Source of the DNA: Cyanobacteria bacterium P01_A01_bin.123
Lineage (GTDB): Bacteria; Cyanobacteriota; Cyanobacteriia; Phormidesmidales; Phormidesmidaceae
DNA length: 64,000 nucleotides
NCBI GenBank assembly: GCA_039815185.1
Contig: JBCBZT010000043.1
Span: 1-64,000 of the forward strand
Direction of reading: 5' to 3'
Shown here in pieces: positions 61,496 through 64,000 of this stretch. The notes under the pieces are model-generated. The model had not been told where the DNA came from, searched no databases, and saw only the letters and a list, made by a program, of their open reading frames with translations. Within the stretch, counting starts at the first letter, position 1; every line of letters begins with the position of its first letter. The position numbers and the translations under genes are program-made.

Positions 61496-63109
61496 TCACC
61501 AGCCCAACGCCTGACCATCGCTACGGGGGTCGCAGCCACCTTGCAGATCCCCCGTATCAGGGTCAATGCGGATCATGTGGGCATGGCCCATCTGTTCTGA
61601 CCAATCGGGGGCAACGTTAACTGCATGTCCCCGTTCTGATAAGGTCGCACGGACAGTTGGGTTAATTCTGCCTTCCAGGGTAAGGCCGCTGCTGTCTTCG
61701 CCCCAGGTACGCCCCCAAAGCCACCGAGGTAAGTCGATAGCCGTTTGTGGATCAAAGCCAAAATCTAATACGCGGGTCAGCATCGCCAGTTGGGTTTGGG
61801 GTTGCCCTTCGCCACCCATGGTGCCAAAGACTAAATAGGGATGTCCTTGGGGGTATAGCGCTAACGCTGGAATCAGGGTGTGAAAAGTGCGCTTTCCGGG
61901 AGCAAGACTGTTGATGTGATTGGGGTCAAGGGATAAAAACGAGCCCCGATTTTGCATCACCATGCCGGTACCCGGGGGCACCACCCCAGATCCAAAGTCA
62001 AAATATAGGCTTTGGATCATCGATACGGCGTTGCCCTCAGCGTCTACGACGGCTGAATAGGTGGTGTCGCCACCGATGAATCCGGGTTGATAGGGTTGGG
62101 CTTGGCTGGGGTTAATGCGGTGTCGTCTGCGATCGCTGTAGGGCTTAGAAATCAGCGTGTCTAACGGGATATCGATAAAGTCAGGATCACTCACCCAGCG
62201 ATCGCGATCGGCAAAAGCTAGCTTGGTCGCCTCTACCATCAGGTGGTAATAATCAGCAGTGCCATGGCCAAGCTGATTCAAATCGTAGGGTTCGATCAAA
62301 TTCAGCATTTGCAACACGGCCATCCCCTGAGTATTGGGCGGCATTTCACAAATGGTATAGCCCCGATAGGGGGTCGTAATCGGTAAAACCCAATCAGAGC
62401 GATGGGCGGCAAAGTCCGCTTCAGTCAGCAGGCCCCCCATGTTGCCCAGCCCATTCACAATGGTTTGGGCCAGAGTACCCGTATAAAAGCTGTCTCGCCC
62501 CTCCCTCGCTAGGATCGTCAACGTGTGGGCTAAATCTGGGTTGGTGATCGTGGTTCCCGCTTGCGGGACTGCATTACCGGGTAAGAAGGTTTGTTGAGAA
62601 CTGGGATACAGGCTCAGAAATTTTCGATCCCGATGAGTCCAGCGAGTTTGAGAGGCGGAAACAGGATACCCCTGTGCTGCCAGTTGAATCGCAGGTGCTA
62701 ACAAGTCTTCCCAGGGCAACCAGCCAAAACGCTGATGGGCTTGAGCCCAGGCGTCAACGGTACCCGGTACGGTTAGGGCTGCCAGTGGGCCTCGCTGGGG
62801 GATTTTTGCGTGGCCTTGCTGCCGATAAAAGTCGGGGGTCGCAGCCTGGGCAGTCCGCCCCGAGCCGTTGAGCCCGTGGGCTTGGTTTGTGGCACTGTCA
62901 TAAATCAGCCAGAAAGAATCCCCCCCGATGCCGGTCATATGGGGGTAAACCACGGATAGAGCAGCATTAACTGCGATCGCGCTATCAACCGCACTACCCC
63001 CTTGTTGCAGAATGGACAGCCCAACCTCACTTGCCAGGTGATGGGGGCATACAACCATTCCCTGACGACCTAGAACTACAGGACGGGTTGGATACTCGCT
63101 TCTTATCAT
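61496..63109 (-). CDS. ggt: Gamma-glutamyltransferase family (YwrD/HpxW-like) Ntn hydrolase
   Basis: GGSAVD, GIGGDSF, GDTTY (nucleophile Thr), GTMGGEGQPQ, DPRSDG. Confidence 0.88.
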   Translation of the reverse strand: MIRSEYPTRPVVLGRQGMVVCPHHLASEVGLSILQQGGSAVDSAIAVNAALSVVYPHMTGIGGDSFWLIYDSATNQAHGLNGSGRTAQAATPDFYRQQGHAKIPQRGPLAALTVPGTVDAWAQAHQRFGWLPWEDLLAPAIQLAAQGYPVSASQTRWTHRDRKFLSLYPSSQQTFLPGNAVPQAGTTITNPDLAHTLTILAREGRDSFYTGTLAQTIVNGLGNMGGLLTEADFAAHRSDWVLPITTPYRGYTICEMPPNTQGMAVLQMLNLIEPYDLNQLGHGTADYYHLMVEATKLAFADRDRWVSDPDFIDIPLDTLISKPYSDRRRHRINPSQAQPYQPGFIGGDTTYSAVVDAEGNAVSMIQSLYFDFGSGVVPPGTGMVMQNRGSFLSLDPNHINSLAPGKRTFHTLIPALALYPQGHPYLVFGTMGGEGQPQTQLAMLTRVLDFGFDPQTAIDLPRWLWGRTWGEDSSGLTLEGRINPTVRATLSERGHAVNVAPDWSEQMGHAHMIRIDPDTGDLQGGCDPRSDGQALGW

Positions 63110-63206
63110 GGCAATAGTCTATAGGTTAGAAGATTGAGTGAAGTGAATAGCTTAGCTAGACCGGAAATATGGAATACGCGAAGGCAGGTTCTGGGGCGAC
63201 GGATTA

Positions 63207-64000
63207 ATGAAAAAATTGAGCGGATTGGCACTGGGTATGGTTTTTGCGGGGATGCCGTTGACGGCGAGTGCGGCATTAGATCTCTCTGAGTTTTCCGAAG
63301 CACCCAAAGATCTGAACTCCCTAGCAAAGATGCCTATGCAGCAGACGAGTACACCCAGGTCATTACCGTTAAGACAAGATGGGATTGTATCAGAACTCAG
63401 ATCGCCGGAACTGTTTTTGATGGAACCAGCGGTGATGGCTCCATCTCAATCGAAATCGCAGACGTTGGCTCAGGCGGATGAACGTCAGGCTGAGGCCGAT
63501 CGCCTGTTTCAGCAGGGGATTCAGCAACATCAAACCAGTCAGTTCCAGGCTGCGCTTGAGTCTTGGCAGCAGGCTTTAGCGATTTATCGAGCAATTGGGA
63601 ATCGCCAAGGAGAGGCCATTTCACTCGGTGGCCTAGGCCTTGCCTACGATTCCCTGAGCGACTATCCACGCGCCATCGACTTTCATCAGCAATCGCTAGA
63701 AATTGCTCGCCAAATCGGCGATCGCCGAGGGGAAGCTGCCTCCCTCGGTAACCTGGGCAATGCCTACTATTCTCTGGGCGAGTATCAACGCGCCATTGAC
63801 TTCCATCAGCAATCGTTAGAAATCGCGCGACAAATCGGTGATCGACAGGGGGAAGCTAATTCACTCGGTAACTTAGGCATTGTCTACTATTTTCTGGGCA
63901 ACTATCCCCACGCCATTGACTTTTATCAGCAATCGTTAGAAATCGCGCGACAAATCGGTGATCGACAGGGGGAAGCTAATTCCCTTGGTAACTTAGGCAA
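63207..64000 (+). CDS. Secreted TPR-repeat protein (partial; possibly TPR-CHAT)
   Basis: Manual translation from ATG 63207: MKKLSGLALGMVFAG signal; AEADRLFQQG; repeats AIDFHQQSLEIARQIGDRQGEANSLGNLG; open to window end. Confidence 0.85.
   Translation, partial: MKKLSGLALGMVFAGMPLTASAALDLSEFSEAPKDLNSLAKMPMQQTSTPRSLPLRQDGIVSELRSPELFLMEPAVMAPSQSKSQTLAQADERQAEADRLFQQGIQQHQTSQFQAALESWQQALAIYRAIGNRQGEAISLGGLGLAYDSLSDYPRAIDFHQQSLEIARQIGDRRGEAASLGNLGNAYYSLGEYQRAIDFHQQSLEIARQIGDRQGEANSLGNLGIVYYFLGNYPHAIDFYQQSLEIARQIGDRQGEANSLGNLG
63671..64000 (+). repeat. 120-bp coding tandem repeats (40-aa TPR units)
   Basis: Units start at 63671, 63791 and 63911 (CGCCAT.GACTT...); units 2 and 3 nearly identical. Confidence 0.9.

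Noticed and set aside
1076..63751. Many short overlapping or antisense ORFs in the track
   Set aside because: They shadow well-supported genes and have no motifs of their own
63671..64000. Repeats as a CRISPR array or DGR template
   Set aside because: In-frame 120-bp coding units with no unique spacers; no cas gene or reverse transcriptase in the window

Overview
A 64-kb chromosomal segment of a cyanobacterium, identified by frequent HIP1 octamers (GCGATCGC), a split rpoC1/rpoC2, sasA and gun4. Most of it is core metabolism: gpmI (partial), mraY, lpxA, gcvH, leuC, sasA, icd, gun4, mtnP, hisD, rpsT-tatD-rpoB-rpoC1-rpoC2 and putA/pruA. The right end holds a hopanoid cluster (hpnG-like, RND transporter, hpnA, squalene synthase, hpnH; no shc in the window), interrupted by a sulfotransferase plus SyrD/PvdE-type ABC exporter pair next to a MITE. 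Other accessory signals: an AT-rich, HIP1-free gene encoding a TM + DUF4041-like + GIY-YIG/T5orf172 protein (SNIPE/PD-lambda-1-like anti-phage candidate); a membrane-anchored caspase-family protease; two small MITE families with two copies each; amt and gor pseudogene remnants; a GAF pseudo-histidine kinase; an NtcA box upstream of icd; and tandem FNR-type boxes between sqs and hpnH. I saw no rRNA, tRNA, CRISPR array or full transposase. All family calls come from motif recognition by eye, not database searches.
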